Notes under the pieces: model-generated
What the model saw: the letters and a program-made list of their open reading frames with translations, nothing else
The model's database searches: none
Told to the model about the DNA's origin: nothing
Translations under genes and position numbers: made by a program
Shown here: positions 1-13,008 of the stretch, one piece after another
How the letters are laid out: every line of letters starts with the position of its first letter
How positions within the stretch are numbered: position 1 is the first letter of the stretch
Assembly (NCBI GenBank): GCA_024704765.1
Contig: JAKMXF010000041.1
Coordinates: 1-64,000, forward strand
Direction: 5' to 3'
DNA: 64,000 nt
DNA from: Oopsacas minuta
Taxonomy: Eukaryota > Animalia > Porifera

Positions 1-959
1 GTAAGGTAAATGGTTGTATAATATGTGCATAACCTGATATCCTTCATGGTGATTCAAGTTAATCATGAAAAGTCCCAATAATTTCCGAACATACTGTATG
101 ATAATTATACTTAAATAAGAAGAAGAATAAAGTAATTTATAATGATATAAATGTGTTATAGTCTAGAAAAAGTTGACTTGAGCTTATCCCTGGTCCAAAG
201 TAGTGAAATGGCCCTTATATTTAGTGGGCTACGCATGTGTATATTATCTATATGGACCCAAGATTTACATAGATAAAATGAAGGAAATAGTGGTCGCGCT
301 TTCTTCATACGGACTCCTCTAATAACTTAATTTCCTGCAATAATGTAATCGAGATGATTGATTATAAATGTATATGCTTTAACTGCTTATATGTAACGTT
401 ATTAAAGAATGGTATGTATGTTGAGTGACTGTTTTCTATACATATGAATGATGCCGTTACTCGGAGATAATTTTGTACTGAAATTTTCAATCGGGAGTTC
501 GCTTAATTCCCACTTCTCAGAGGTTTCCGTTGCTCGGAGTTGCGTTACTCAGAGGTTCAGCAAGTACTATTAGTATATGAAAATCAATGGGTGGAATGAG
601 AATGTGCCGCTTCTCAGAGGCTGCGGCTATTCTGAAGTATCGCTTTTGGAGGTTTACCTGAATTCCTTTTGATAGTTATGTTGCAAAAAGCGGTTCTGTT
701 AAAGAGGTTCCCTAATCAATCATATCCACATATGTTTTAGCAGTGAACCTTATTGAAGGAAGATTAAATGGGCAATTTCTATCGGTCTAAATGGTGAACT
801 GGTAATTCGGATTACTAAAATAGTCCTCACTGCCCTTTTGTTTAATTTGTTCATCATTATCTGCAAGCATCGATAAAAGGAGATTTTCTGGATGATAAAA
901 ATATGAGTTTCTCTGTATCACAACGCAAGTATCTTCTTGGTCTGACTCCGATAGCTCTC

Positions 960-1680
960 ACAGTAAAGATATCGCAAAAAACAAATATTTAGGTCCATCT
1001 GTACGAAAGTATTCAACTCAGGAAAAGATGATTACGTTATATCAAAACAGTGGCTCGTATACTTCACATCCTGGGATTTCGTGCTCGTAGACCTGTATGA
1101 TGCCAATTATTTCCAAGAAAAATCTGAACAAAGATGGGAAATATATTATAAGTATATAAATTGGTCTTGTGTTGATTGGAATAATGTCATATTCTCAGAC
1201 GAGCCCAAGTTTAACCTCGTATATACCGACGGACGAGTCCGAGTCTGGCGACAGCCTGGAGAAAGGTTTGACAATTCGTGTACTTCTAAAACTGTACATA
1301 GCAACGGTGGGTTGGTCATGTCCTGGATCCATATCAAATGACACATTGGAGCCAATGATAGACGTCAATAACAAATTAGATTCATCTGAATATTTTTCAA
1401 ATACTTTAGCACCATTACAACAAACATTATGGAAAAATCCCAGGAGGAGAAAGTCACAGGCAACTTTTATTCCAGGCAATGCGTAGTACACAAGTCAAAT
1501 AAGGTGCTGTCTTTGTTTGGGGGCACGAAAGTGCCCAATCTAGATTGGCCACACCAATCTCCCGAACTAAACCCTATAGAAAACTTGTAGTTTTCTATAC
1601 ACCCTTCAGGAACACCGGGTGGCTATAAGAGAAGAATGGGGGAAAATTCCAATAGATATCTTCCAGAGGCTATATACAAG
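960..1680 (+). mobile_element. Degenerate Tc1-like (DD34E) transposase remnant
   Basis: WNNVIFSDEPKFNLVYTDGRVRVWRQPGERF (1081-1341) and NLDWPHQSPELNPIENL near 1538-1590; several frameshifts and stops; boundaries approximate. Confidence 0.85.
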
Positions 1681-1848
1681 CTTTCCAGTATAAATTAAAA
1701 AGGTGAAAAATGGTAAAGGAAATGTGACCAAATATTAGTGACATGCTTGCATCCATTATGATATAGTTCATTATAGTAATATTAGAATTAGAATTTGTAG
1801 TAATGGATTAAAAGACTCTCAAATTCCATGATATAATCTTCAAATGTA

Positions 1849-2197
1849 CAGTTCCGGCAAAAAAGTCTGGAATATTGTTGATAAAATGCGAATATTCCAA
1901 TATTGGAACAAAGGGTTACAACATTATTATCACAGAACATTTTATCAACCTATAGTAGAATGAAAACAATAGTTTCATCATTCTATAGCACGACAAATCA
2001 ATATTTTATTGCATAACCCCTATTTTTTAGACTTCCAAGATTCATTTTGGCATAGATTTCGCTAAGTTTTCACAATTTCTTTCAGTGATTTCAGTTGCCC
2101 AAACTTCCCCTATGGCCTTGATGAGAGCATTCATTGAGGCAGGATACCTAGCAGCAACCATTCATTTTAGACTTGTCTAGCAATTTTCAATCACATG
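1849..2197 (-). mobile_element. Tc1-like element, 3' end only
   Basis: TA + CAGTTCCGGCAAAAAAG terminus at 1849; minus strand reads a degenerate Tc1 C-terminus (MNALIKAIGEVWATEITERNCENLAKSMPK...YAIKY*). Confidence 0.7.
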
Positions 2198-2199
2198 TA

Positions 2200-2559
2200 C
2201 AGTGCCGGTCAAAAAGAATTGCTCAGAATAAATTTACCCCAAATTCTTGTATCTATGACTGATTTTAACAATAATGCTTTATTATAATCAAGTAAATTGT
2301 TGTTAGTATTTAGTAGTACCTCCTCTTGCTTGAATTACAGCTCTACATCTTTGCGGCATATTCTCAATTAGAGTATGGAGCCTGTTAATGTCGATGCTAT
2401 CCCAAGTGCTTAATATGGCATTCCACAATTCTGAGTGGTTGGATGGGCTTTTCTCTTGAATTCTGAGGGAAATGTGATCCCAGAGATTCTCAATCGGATT
2501 TGGATCAGGTGACTGAGCAGGCCAATTCATAACCTCTATTTTTTGCTCACCAAACCATT
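2200..2559 (-). mobile_element. Tc1-like element, 3' end (cut at N 2560)
   Basis: WPAQSPDPNPIENLWDHI...MPQRCRAVIQARGGTTKY*; TA + CAGTGCCGGTCAAAAAG terminus at 2200. Confidence 0.9.
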
Positions 2560-2560
2560 N

Positions 2561-2764
2561 GCCATCGCTGTCATGATGAGAATCTAAAATATTCGAATTG
2601 TAAAAAATTATTTTTTTACAAAAAAATAAATTTATCGAAAAAATTTGTGTGGGAAATATTTTTTGACAACAGAATCGGATTCTACGCAAAGTTCTACACA
2701 AGAATCATGAAAAATCTCAAGGACCTCGTTTTTTCGATCAATATGATTTTCTGAGAGACCCGTG
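2561..2764. repeat. Solo copy of the Chapaev right end
   Basis: Near-identical to about 12180-12385, ends ...GAGAGACCCGTG; begins immediately after the N at 2560. Confidence 0.9.
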
Positions 2765-4370
2765 CCCATGAACCTACCCAAGTCCACTAAATACGTCAAC
2801 ACTACATTTCCAAAACAGGGACTCAATGAAGTAACGATGCAATTTGTACCTGCTGTACATTGTTCTGGACTTTCTTGGCGAGATCTTCACAAATTCGCTA
2901 CCGTTTTCGACATTGCTGTCGAGTTATCTTTGCAAGGCGCAGCAGATGAATTAAACTTGAGAGTCGATTCCATTCCATCCCCTGTCCCAAACTGTATCAA
3001 CACCGCCGTTAGTTTTGATAGCTCATGGGAGACAAGAGAATACTATTCAAATGCAAGGTTTGGATCCGCTATATCTGCCAGAACTAAGAAAGTTTTAGAT
3101 TATGTACTACTCAATCGAACATCCGAGAAATGTAATCGGTGGTCAAGACAACGCCAAAACGAACATCCTGAACAGTATATAAAATGGTACAACACCCACC
3201 AGCTACATTGTTTAAAAAACCATAGTCGGTCCAGTCAATCAATGGAACCAGAAGCTTGCCAAAACGATTTGGGGTAGATCGACTCTAAAGCGAAAACTGT
3301 GCCACAACACCTTTATCGGAGATGGCGACTCGAAATCTTATACACAAGTCTGTCAAATGAATCCATACGACTCACTTCCTATTCATAAGGAAGAATGCTT
3401 GGCACATGTGGTGAAGCCAGGGTGACCAGATGATTTTCATCAAAATCCGGTACATTTCAATTTTTTTAAAAAAAATCGTGGACATCCCTAGACACTCTAT
3501 AAATAGCTGAAATAGTTGGATGAAAACATGAAAAGATAACTCAAAATAGATACATAATGGTTTAATACAAGTAGGATAAGAAAACCTTGAAAAGATAATT
3601 CAAAATGGATAAATAATACCTGGATAATACTAGTGGGGCGACTCCCCCCGCAACAGATTTCCTATGTACCATGAGTATAATCTTCATATATTTCTTGGTA
3701 AATTTCTCCAATATTTCCCAGAATATTCATCCAGGACAAGAAACGAAAATCCTGGACAAATCCTGTACAAATCAAAATCCTGGACATCTTAGAACAAATC
3801 TCGAAAGTCCTGTACAATGGTCACCTTAGATGAAGCGGATCAAGAAAACACTCTGGGGATTAAGAAGAACACCGCAAAGCAATCATACATCCAGTGCAAA
3901 CTCTCAGTGCTGAAAGCTGACTATCTTTCGACAAACTACTCAACGGTTGTTCTACAAAACAGGCCAAGTCACCTGCACAACTCACTCAAGGACTTAACAC
4001 CTTTCTCCATCACGTCAGTGGTGACCATTCCAACTGTCCTCTCGATACTTGGTGCCGCTGGAAACGAACTTCGAGCACTACTAAACCACCAGCCACTAAA
4101 CCTACCAACTACACACCAAACGAGATCTTGAAAATTAATGAGGTAATAGATATTTATGCCACGGAAGGGTTTTGCAGTCACCTGACTCTTGGTTTGACAC
4201 AAAATGCTAACGAATCACTTCACAATGTCATCTGAAACTTCTGTCCCAAGGGTAAATATCTTTCTCCATGAAACATCGCATTAGCACAGCCATCGCAATT
4301 GCTGTTTTCAATGAGGGAGAACTCTGCCTTTGTGGTTATATGCGTGACCTTAATGTGTCTTGCCCGAAAT
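2765..4370 (+). mobile_element. Degenerate Mutator-like transposase, interrupted by a hAT MITE
   Basis: Motifs VSFDSSWETR, KKVLDY, CLKNHSRSSQSME, FIGDGDSKSY, KEECLAHV, HHVSGDHSNCP and TQNANESLHN occur in order across several frames. Confidence 0.8.
3418..3828. mobile_element. 411-bp non-autonomous hAT MITE
   Basis: Termini CAGGGTGACCA / TGGTCACCTTA; 8-bp TSD GGTGAAGC (3410-3417) vs GATGAAGC (3829-3836), 7/8 match; subterminal TCCTGGACA repeats. Confidence 0.85.
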
Positions 4371-6728
4371 TTGGTCATTTTTTAGGCAAATTTGTTTTAT
4401 TGAGTTTATTATTTGGAACATACTCACATGTATTGTTATCATTCCTACATTGAAATTTTTCAAATTCGAGTATTCAAGTATGAGTTATATAACAGTTTGT
4501 GACGACATCTTCTTCTAAAATAGCCATTTTTTCAAAAATTATTTATTTGATCCCAAGTTATTATTAATTCATGCGTTTACTCTTTTGTGTAAAATGACGC
4601 AGGATCAGATTCATCATTTCCTGCGGCCTTTAAAAAAAGCCAGCTCGCTACGAAGCTTCTCAGTACCTGCGTCGGTCACTTTCCTCATGGAAAGTTCGCA
4701 ATGCATACGCATCAAATTGACATTGGGCGGAAGAACTCAACCAAAATAATGCCCACTGTATACGTAGATCATTGGCCTTGACCCTCCTAGCACGTGGAAT
4801 GGGCCGCATTTAACGTTGCGATCGTCGCCCCCTTGCAAAACGTTTCCATTGTGCAAAGAGGCGAGCGACCTGCTCACGTTCATGTTTCTCCTCTTTCACG
4901 TCTCCGAGAATCTTGATTAAGGCCTCCCGATTCTGAGTGTGCTGAGCGATAGAGATAAAATTTTTGAGTTCTTGAATTTGTGACACTACTCGTTATGCTA
5001 TTGCTATATACAATGCATTTTATATGATACTTTCTTAGAGAATATGCATAACAGAGTATGCGGATGCTCGTATATACGTAATTTCTACTACTTGGGTGGT
5101 ATAAACACCATATTATAGCTTTACTTAGATGCAATAGTGAATGTATTTTTAGCTCTGATAATATCTTTTACACTTACTACACTTAGTATTATACAATATT
5201 TATTTGCTTCTTTTGACCTTTTTACCAGAGATATACAGAACTGGACAGTGGGCTTGATTGATCATATCATAATCTCCATGCTGTACCCCAGTCTTGAGTT
5301 TAAATTATCACACCTTTGACTTATTTTTTATTGTTTGTTAACAGTTAAAAGAAGGTGTTGTCCTAAGACAAGGGATAGCTTAACTGATGAGCCCTAGCGG
5401 GATGAAACACCGCTATAATATGTATATATTCAAAAATTATATTTTATGTATCTTTAACTTCAATTATCTCAAAACTATGTTTTCGCCATATAATCTATTG
5501 TTTTTTGAAGAAAGACTAAGTTTTATGCTCTGAAAATTTTGGGAAAGCATTGATGCAATGTTATCTAAAATCTGGACCACATTTGGAATGAATGAACGAA
5601 TAATTTTCATGATATCCCACCCTAAGTCCTGCGGACTCCAGTTTTTAACCTATTTTCACCAAACCCCCTTCAACCGTTAATATCTTCTTATTGGAGCGGT
5701 ACTCGGGCCTAACTGTGGTCCAGAAATTAGAACTCCATATGGTAAGCATACACAGGGAGTTAAGAAATTGATGCCCTAATCACTTAATCCACAATAATGT
5801 AACCATAGTTTCAGTGTTCAATCTTATGAAATACACCCACTCTTATTTCATTTTAACAACCAGTTGTAGACAATTTTAGCATACCATTNCCTTCTTATAA
5901 CGTAACCACCATCCACGAACGGTTCGCACACTGACTCCAATATTATTCGACACCTATCTTTGAGTCATTCCACCCTTTAACATGCCCATTGCCTGATGAC
6001 GCAAAGCAATACTGGCTTCTTCGACCATCTATTTTAACAATTTCTGTTAGAAGAATGATGCAAAATTCTTGAATCAAAGAGTAAACACAACATTCCAACA
6101 ATATATTTATGTACTGTCCACACATACTGTTACTGTGTATTTTCTCAAGCAAATAGTAAAAGTGCATTAGAATATGGGATATGGTTATATTGTATGTTCA
6201 AGATAGAGGAAAACAATTTCTTAACACCCTGTATACACAATAGACTATAAAATCATAACAAATTGGGAAATAATGTAGTAAACGTATGTCTAGAAACTCT
6301 ATTAATTTTCAGTGAATTCGTTGATCAGTTGATTAGAATGGTAGATAACTTGTTGATTGAGGTGGTTTTTACATTACTATCTGTTCTCGCATACGATAAA
6401 GTGTCTGTGACACCTCGAGTTGCATTTATCTTGCTTCCGTTTGCACTGGCAAGTCTTAGTCCGGCAGTTGTCTTGCATTGGCATGAGACGCACGATATGA
6501 CCCCTGCCTCTACAGTGTTCAATCCAAGATTTACTTTTCGGGGGAAAGTTGTCATTATGGGCTACGCTATAGTTCTCTGACTTTTCTTTCGTTATATTTA
6601 TCCCATGCTGATGTTTTGTGTAATTTAGATACTTCTTAATTTATAATAACAATAATTTCAATGTGAATATTTTAGGAAAATCTGTGTTAATTAACAATAT
6701 CTAAGATATAAGCTTGAACCTCACAATA

Positions 6729-7660
6729 CTATTCTAATCTAAGGGTCTTTTGCCCTTCATAATGATCAACAAATTCCTCTGACATATCATTCGTTAGGAG
6801 ATCAAGGCCTTCAATGCATATGCGCATCGTATGTTCAAGCGTACCCTCGCCCATCCTGCTGTGGAGTCTTATTATTAGTTTCATACTGCTAAATGTACGT
6901 CCAACAGTGGCTGTTGTTACTAGTAAAACCTCTAGGTCTCTACTATTGTAGCTAAATTTGATAAGTTTGGAATACAATCGAAATGTCTCCGCTATTGATC
7001 AATTTGGATAGTACATCCTGCAAAGATCTATTCTTGAATTGCTTCTAAATTATCCGCCGAAACAATTTCCATTCTGCTTCAGTTTCCTCTCTATCAATGT
7101 CTGGTTGTGACATCATCATCATCATCATCATCAAAGTTAACATGTTGTATAACACTATATTGATTTATTAGCATCTGCATTTTTTCCATACCATAGTTAG
7201 GTGATAGTTGAAGTTCGGTTTTAGGAGATGGGGAAGGTCCTAAATGGACATGGAAGAGACTAGATAAGTGCACTTCCTTCTTTTTCGGATATAGTCAATC
7301 ACACTTTGTATATATGGCCGATACACTGTCTGAAGAAATTGAATTTTTTCCTCTTCCATGATCCAATTTGTTTCCACCAAGCTGAGTATCATCTGTAAAA
7401 ACTAAAGAATGGTTCTTGAACCAGGTGGTGCTGTTTACTATTTCTTTAATCTCTGTTAGTCTTTCAGTGGTACTATTGACCATTAATTGCGCACTTTCAA
7501 GGTCAATCGCTTTCCTCCTGTAAAATCCTTGTAACTTGCCAACTGTATCGAGTAAATCTGATAGCATATAGATACAAGGTATAGTTTTGCATTTTCACAA
7601 GAAAGTCGCAATTCCATGAGCTTCTGCATCACAAGTTTAATCATAAATCTCTTCAAATGG
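6729..7660 (-). mobile_element. hAT transposase C-terminal remnant (dimerisation domain)
   Basis: DAEAHGIATFL...LSDLLDTVGKLQ and LLVTTATVGRTFSSMKLI.RLHSRMGE...MRICIEG resemble the hAT C-terminus; stops and frameshifts present. Confidence 0.7.
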
Positions 7661-8230
7661 AAGTCCGACATTTCGTTCCACGACATTTCGCTCCACTTTT
7701 GATTGGTCAATGTTTGTTAATAATTTAACAGGTTTTAAATGGCTAAATAATTGAACTAATTTCTTGTCTGAATTCGTTTGGTTAATTCTAACATAAATAA
7801 AATTGGTTTACCAGTTGCTGTGTAGAATTTGCTAAATAGATTAACTAAGTAGCTTGTATAGAGTCATTTAGATTGTGGTCGAAAATATACGTAGGTTATT
7901 ATTAGAGGATGACATATATATTACGTAGTAGTTATTACAAACTGGTATAGCGTCAAGAGCAGTTGACTAGATCTTATTGCATTTGTTTCAAACAATTTTA
8001 GCGTCCTGGCGGATTCAGTGGGTGCTAAAACCTGTTTTTCGGAGCCCGCTTCTTTGTCTCGGTTGAATTCCAAATTTCCAATAGACATTAACATTAATTT
8101 ATTTCAGAATTACAGACACCCAATAATTCCGACTTCCAGCCATTTATTAGTACCAAATTATATTGATAACCCCGAATTACGGCCATTTACCTGAGTCCAA
8201 GGGTGACCGTAATTCAGATGTTCCACTGTA

Positions 8231-9541
8231 CAGGGTGACAAATAAGTTCTGTCCCATTGAAAATTTATTATAACTAAGCTATGAACTAAGATATTGACTT
8301 GAAATTATGCTATAACTTAGCAAACTAAATATAGATTCATAATATATTCAATTGTTCGATATAGCCCCCTTTCTTTTTGATGACAGCTCTTAGCCGCTTG
8401 GGGACGGACTCAACAGCGGCACGCAACTTTTCCTGCGGGATTTTTGCCCATTCTCGGGGTAAAGACGTTTTTAGAGACTTGATACTCTTATGGGAAGTAG
8501 TGCACGCATTTGTCTCCAATATCGACCACAACGAGAAGTCCATCGGGTTGAGATCTGGGCTGGAAGGAGGCCATTCCTCCTTGGAGATGAAGTCTGGGAT
8601 ATTGTTTCGTAACCACTGTTGGTTGACTTTCGCTGTGTGGGCTGGCGCACCGTCTTGCTGGAATAAAAATGGACGATTATTGAACATGGTCTTACCAAGG
8701 CCTCTCACTATTGGGTCTAAAACGAGCTCCTGATATTTAACAGCGTTTATTTTTACGCCCGGTGGGATGAAAACCAGTGGGGTACGGCCTTTTGCGGACA
8801 CCCCCGCCCAAACCATCACTGACTGAGGATGCTGAACTCTTTGGACGCATCGATACTCTTGTGGTATGGAAGATGGAGAAGAGACAATACTCGATCGTTT
8901 TGACGATTGTACGCCTGCTCGACCGTGAATAATTTCTCATCCGAGAATAAAATTTCATCAAGGCCAAAACTTACGAGCCGGGCGAGTAAGGCCTTGCTCC
9001 TGGCTAGTCTCTTTTCTTTAATCTGTGGCGAAATAAAATGAACCTTCCTCTTTTTGTAAGGAAATAGGCCCATATCGCTCTTCACAATTGTTCGGACCGA
9101 TTCTCTTGATATTTTGAGTTCTAGCGCCATTTTTCGCATCGAACGTTGCGGATTTCGCTGAATCCGACTACGGATAACCTTTCTCTTCTGGGTAGTGGTC
9201 GCAGATGTTGGACGTCCACTTCTCTGCCTGTCTGAGGTACTACCAGTGTCCTTATATCTTTTAATAGTACGATATATCAATTTCCTGCGCGACATGGGGA
9301 AATTGAGAATCTTCAATATTTCGCTTTGGCTTTTCCCTTGCAAATATAATTTAACAATAGCCACCCTATTCTTCTCCATTTTGCCTAGAATCTTTTAGCT
9401 TGTTCAGAATGTACAGATTACCATTGAATACTTTAAATATATACATTGTTACTTATCTTACACTATAACTGTTTAATCTGGTTCTTTAATAAGGAACTAC
9501 ACTACATCAAACATATGGGACAGAACTTATTTGTCACCCTG
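8231..9541 (-). mobile_element. Full-length Tc1/mariner DD37D (maT) element, frameshifted
   Basis: TIR CAGGGTGACAAATAAGTTCTGTCCCAT at both ends with TA TSD. ORFs 8816-9379 (HTH, ILFSDEK) and 8337-8819 (QQDGAPAH...SPDLNPMDF; 37 residues between the last two Asp). Confidence 0.95.
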
Positions 9542-9556
9542 TATATATATATGTGT

Positions 9557-12385
9557 CACGGGTCTCTCAGAAAATCATATTGATCGAAAAAACGAGGTCC
9601 TTGAGATTTTTCATGATTCTTGTGTAGAATTTTGCATAGAATCCGATTCTGTTGCCAAAAAAATATTTCTCACACAAATTTTTGAGTTATATTTTTTTGT
9701 AAAAAAAAAATTTTTTTAGTTCCCATTTTTATATGTTGTCGGGTTGCTAATTTATCATATTAGAATCATCGTTATCACTCATACATTGAATATAATACAT
9801 CCATCAGTCACATATAGAATAAATTAAGTACTTATAAAATTAACGAAATTAATTTCCTTGACAGCATTTAGTAGGTTTTCGCCGTAATTTTCTAGAGACT
9901 CGCTACATTGATAATTTCTCCAAACTTTGATGAATCGAGAATGAGCTGATTCAGCTGCCTGCTCTGAAACGGCGCCCAATCCCATACCAACTGGAAGGAA
10001 TTTGGTGATAAATGGGATAACATGTCTGCACACTATATGGACTTTTGTTGAACAATTCAGCCCAGTTAATTTGAATGCTTCTTCAAATTGAAATATCGCC
10101 AGTTTGTAATCACCTTGTATCTTTTGCCCAAAACATGTCCTCACTACCTCTGAAAATCGCTTTAAAGCAATGCTGGATGAGTTGCTAATTGGAAAACCAA
10201 TCTGCTCAACCATCAATGTAATTTTCCGCATTGCATTACCTTCAAATGCGCCTCCATGGTAAGAACTTCGAGATATGTTATTGTGCTTCAGTAATAATTC
10301 ATGTGTAACTAACTCTTCTTCAGACATTGTAGCCACGATCGCATTGTACAACTTCTGACCAACCCCTAACAAAAGATGTAACTCGGGAATATTGAACATC
10401 TGCATGTAGTCAACCATCCATACACCAAGAGCCTCCATATCTTCTACACCATCACAGTCAATCGCATGATTCTTTGAGTCGGAGTTATATTCTTCACACA
10501 ATTTTTGGTACATCTCTGCATGATGTGCTGATGATCTTGATTTGAATTCGACATGATCCAATCCACTTTTAGCATCCCATACACACCAAATGCATGGGTA
10601 ACGTCCAAGCATAATACCCAGACAGAGAGCAGCGGCTTTGAGATCAAAGGTAAAAGATACGTTGTACTCATGAATAAACTTTTGAATTTCCGGGGCATTC
10701 AGTATTATAGAAAAATTGTAATTATTTTCAGGAGCACTTGATACCCATAAGAAGATTAGATTTCGCACAGAATTTTCCAGTTGTAGACACATGACAAGCT
10801 TAGTGAACCCACAACCATAATCAAGGCCAAGCTTAAAATTGAAACTGTAAACTGAAGATTCTCCGCTAATGTTGTAGACTTTTTCTATCAGTTTGTCGAT
10901 GTTGCAACAGCGTACGACCCAAGTCTTTCTGATATCAGAGGAATACTTCTCTTTGCTCCATTCCAGATCTAATTGGACGCATTCGAATATATCATCACAA
11001 TATTGTTTCCGTTCGTCGTAATAGTCCTTCATTGATGGACAGGCCACGCCAGCATCCCTTATTACTTTGGTTACAGCTTTTAGTTGCTTGTTACTCATTG
11101 CTCCGCCAGTGCATTTTATCTGTGCGATGTCAGAGAAATCCATTTTGGGCATTTTGTGTTGAGGTAACTGGTCCAAATTACCAGGAAGCATATGAATTGG
11201 ATGGCCTCCCGATGGTCTAGGTAACGTTATACGCGAGTCCTCACTTGCACTGCGGAATTTTCGTAAGATTTCGGAACATACGACAGGTTCAATAGAACGT
11301 TTTCGTGCTAACAAAAATTGGCTATTATTTACCAAAGAAGTTTTTGAGCAAGTATGCGGAAATCCGGGACTTATTGTGTTTAAACACTTACTACAAAGGT
11401 TAAGAACCTTTTTGGGAGAGTTGATCGCAGGACGTCCAGGTTTTTCGTGGAGAATTTGCAAAGAAGCACGATTTCTAGGTCCAAATCTCGAACTTTCCAT
11501 GCACATTACACAGGTATTGACTGAACTACACGTATTCAAGCGAGTATTTCGTATAATTGGCCAATTGAATCGAACAGGAATTTCCCTTGAAGTATCATCA
11601 TGCATTGATCGATTAACCAAATAGAGCTTGCAAGTATTGCACAAAACATTTGGCCGATTATCGTCCATCGGATCGATTGGCTCGAAAAACTTCGAATATT
11701 GCTCACCCAAATGAGTAGAAATAAGGCTATTGTTTTTAATAGTTATCTTCCCAACTTTAATACAACACCAACGACAAATTTTGCCTTTTGCAGACTCGTG
11801 CTTACTCATAAATACCAACAGTAGAAATAGATATCAGAACAATTATGTATCAGAAAAATTATATAGAAAATGAGTACAAGCATTCTTTAAATAGTTTTTC
11901 TATGCAAACAGATATTCGTTAAACACCTTTAATTACTAATTATCACTGAATGGAAACTACTTAAAAGTATTCAAAGGACTCGATTAGGTGATTAATGACG
12001 TGCAATCAAACTATTGTTACTATTGTTAAACTATTCGAACCTGATACCATACAGAAAAATGAATGACATATAGAATAGAATAAAACCACAATACTATTGA
12101 AAATTCTAAGTGCATGCAGATGTAAACAACAATGTCTAAGCATATCATAATAATATCTGATTGCCAATGGTGATGCATCTGCCATCGCTGTCATGATGAG
12201 AATCTAAAATATTCGAATTGTAAAAAATTATTTTTTTACAAAAAAATAAATTTATCGAAAAAATTTGTGTGGGAAATATTTTTTTGACAACAGAATCGGA
12301 TTCTACGCAAAATTCTACACAAGAATCATGAAAAATCTCAAGGACCTCGTTTTTTCGATCAATATGATTTTCTGAGAGACCCGTG
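9557..12385 (-). mobile_element. Chapaev-family DNA transposon, about 2.83 kb
   Basis: Imperfect TIRs of about 125-150 bp starting CACGGGTCTCTCAGAAAATC, enclosing a single long ORF. No TSD seen (GTGT vs CTAA). Confidence 0.85.
9824..11818 (-). CDS. Chapaev-type transposase, 664 aa, uninterrupted
   Basis: N-terminal H...CRWC...P.VLCNTC (Chapa domain, RAG1-N-like) and a second Cys/His cluster. Candidate DDE: LGLDYG, TFDLKAAALCLG..YPCIWC, ELHLLLG, SEQAAESAH. Confidence 0.85.
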   Translation of the reverse strand: MVFMSKHESAKGKICRWCCIKVGKITIKNNSLISTHLGEQYSKFFEPIDPMDDNRPNVLCNTCKLYLVNRSMHDDTSREIPVRFNWPIIRNTRLNTCSSVNTCVMCMESSRFGPRNRASLQILHEKPGRPAINSPKKVLNLCSKCLNTISPGFPHTCSKTSLVNNSQFLLARKRSIEPVVCSEILRKFRSASEDSRITLPRPSGGHPIHMLPGNLDQLPQHKMPKMDFSDIAQIKCTGGAMSNKQLKAVTKVIRDAGVACPSMKDYYDERKQYCDDIFECVQLDLEWSKEKYSSDIRKTWVVRCCNIDKLIEKVYNISGESSVYSFNFKLGLDYGCGFTKLVMCLQLENSVRNLIFLWVSSAPENNYNFSIILNAPEIQKFIHEYNVSFTFDLKAAALCLGIMLGRYPCIWCVWDAKSGLDHVEFKSRSSAHHAEMYQKLCEEYNSDSKNHAIDCDGVEDMEALGVWMVDYMQMFNIPELHLLLGVGQKLYNAIVATMSEEELVTHELLLKHNNISRSSYHGGAFEGNAMRKITLMVEQIGFPISNSSSIALKRFSEVVRTCFGQKIQGDYKLAIFQFEEAFKLTGLNCSTKVHIVCRHVIPFITKFLPVGMGLGAVSEQAAESAHSRFIKVWRNYQCSESLENYGENLLNAVKEINFVNFIST

Positions 12386-12395
12386 CTAATGTTTC

Positions 12396-12533
12396 AAAAA
12401 CTAAATCTTTACCTAATTTTAGCAATAGCAAAAGTTAAGTTAAGTAGTTTAGTTGATAGGGCCTCTCAGGCTTTAACTAGTCCTGGGGCAACAACTGATT
12501 CGGACCAGTTATGGCCGACTACAACTTGTCCTC
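12396..12533. repeat. Dispersed repeat of about 138 bp, second copy at 27033-27172
   Basis: Direct, near-identical copies (AAAAACTAA.TCTTTACC...ACAACTTGTCCTCCC); the second ends at N 27173. Confidence 0.9.
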
Positions 12534-12591
12534 CCTTGCCATAACTTGTCCGGCCGCTGTAATAGCCCTAGAATATACCCAATCACAAAAT

Positions 12592-13008
12592 CTATATTAT
12601 TAAATCTCAATTGTTGTTTGTTTGTCCGTTGGTCAAAGAAAGGATTTAATGTATGCAATGTTAAAATTGTGGCATAACTTTGTATTTATCGTGTTTATCA
12701 AGGAAGTAAATAGAATTCAATAAAACTTCACTAAATATATCGAACATGCTGAATCCGATTTTCACACTTTTGGATTAATCATATGCAAATTTATTGTTGT
12801 TTTTATGAATATAAAGTAAACAAATTATCCAAATCTCAAAATATACGTACAGTCTTGCTCTAAACGGCTACCCCGGGGGTTGATCTTACAAAATAATTCA
12901 ATAATATATTTGCCATATATGTATATTGGAGGATAATGGATACCTCGAAGCGCAATGCTCCTAGTTCATCGCGAAGCAACGAGCCTTTGGCTCGTACCTC
13001 CTATATCA
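12592..13008 (+). mobile_element. Non-autonomous Helitron/HINE-like repeat, paralog at 62556-63130
   Basis: 5' (T)CTATATTATT...GTTTGTTTGTCC and 3' GGATACCTCGA...CGAGCC...GGCTCGTA hairpin are shared by both copies. The family assignment is by resemblance only. Confidence 0.5.

Noticed and set aside
4600-4990. GC-richer protein-like minus-strand frame (QELKNFISIAQHTQNREALIKILGDVKEEKH...)
   Set aside because: Short, no start codon, frameshifted, and no family recognised.
8377-11624. Small ORFs overlapping transposases (e.g. 8377-8733, 10444-10698, 11376-11624; also 30428-31148, 33335-33759, 34580-34867)
   Set aside because: Antisense or alternate-frame shadows of real transposon ORFs, with no independent motifs.
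9824-11818. ProtoRAG/RAG1 or Transib assignment
   Set aside because: No RAG2-like partner, the TIR starts CACGGG rather than the RSS-like CACAGTG/CACTATG, and the motif spacing fits Chapaev better.
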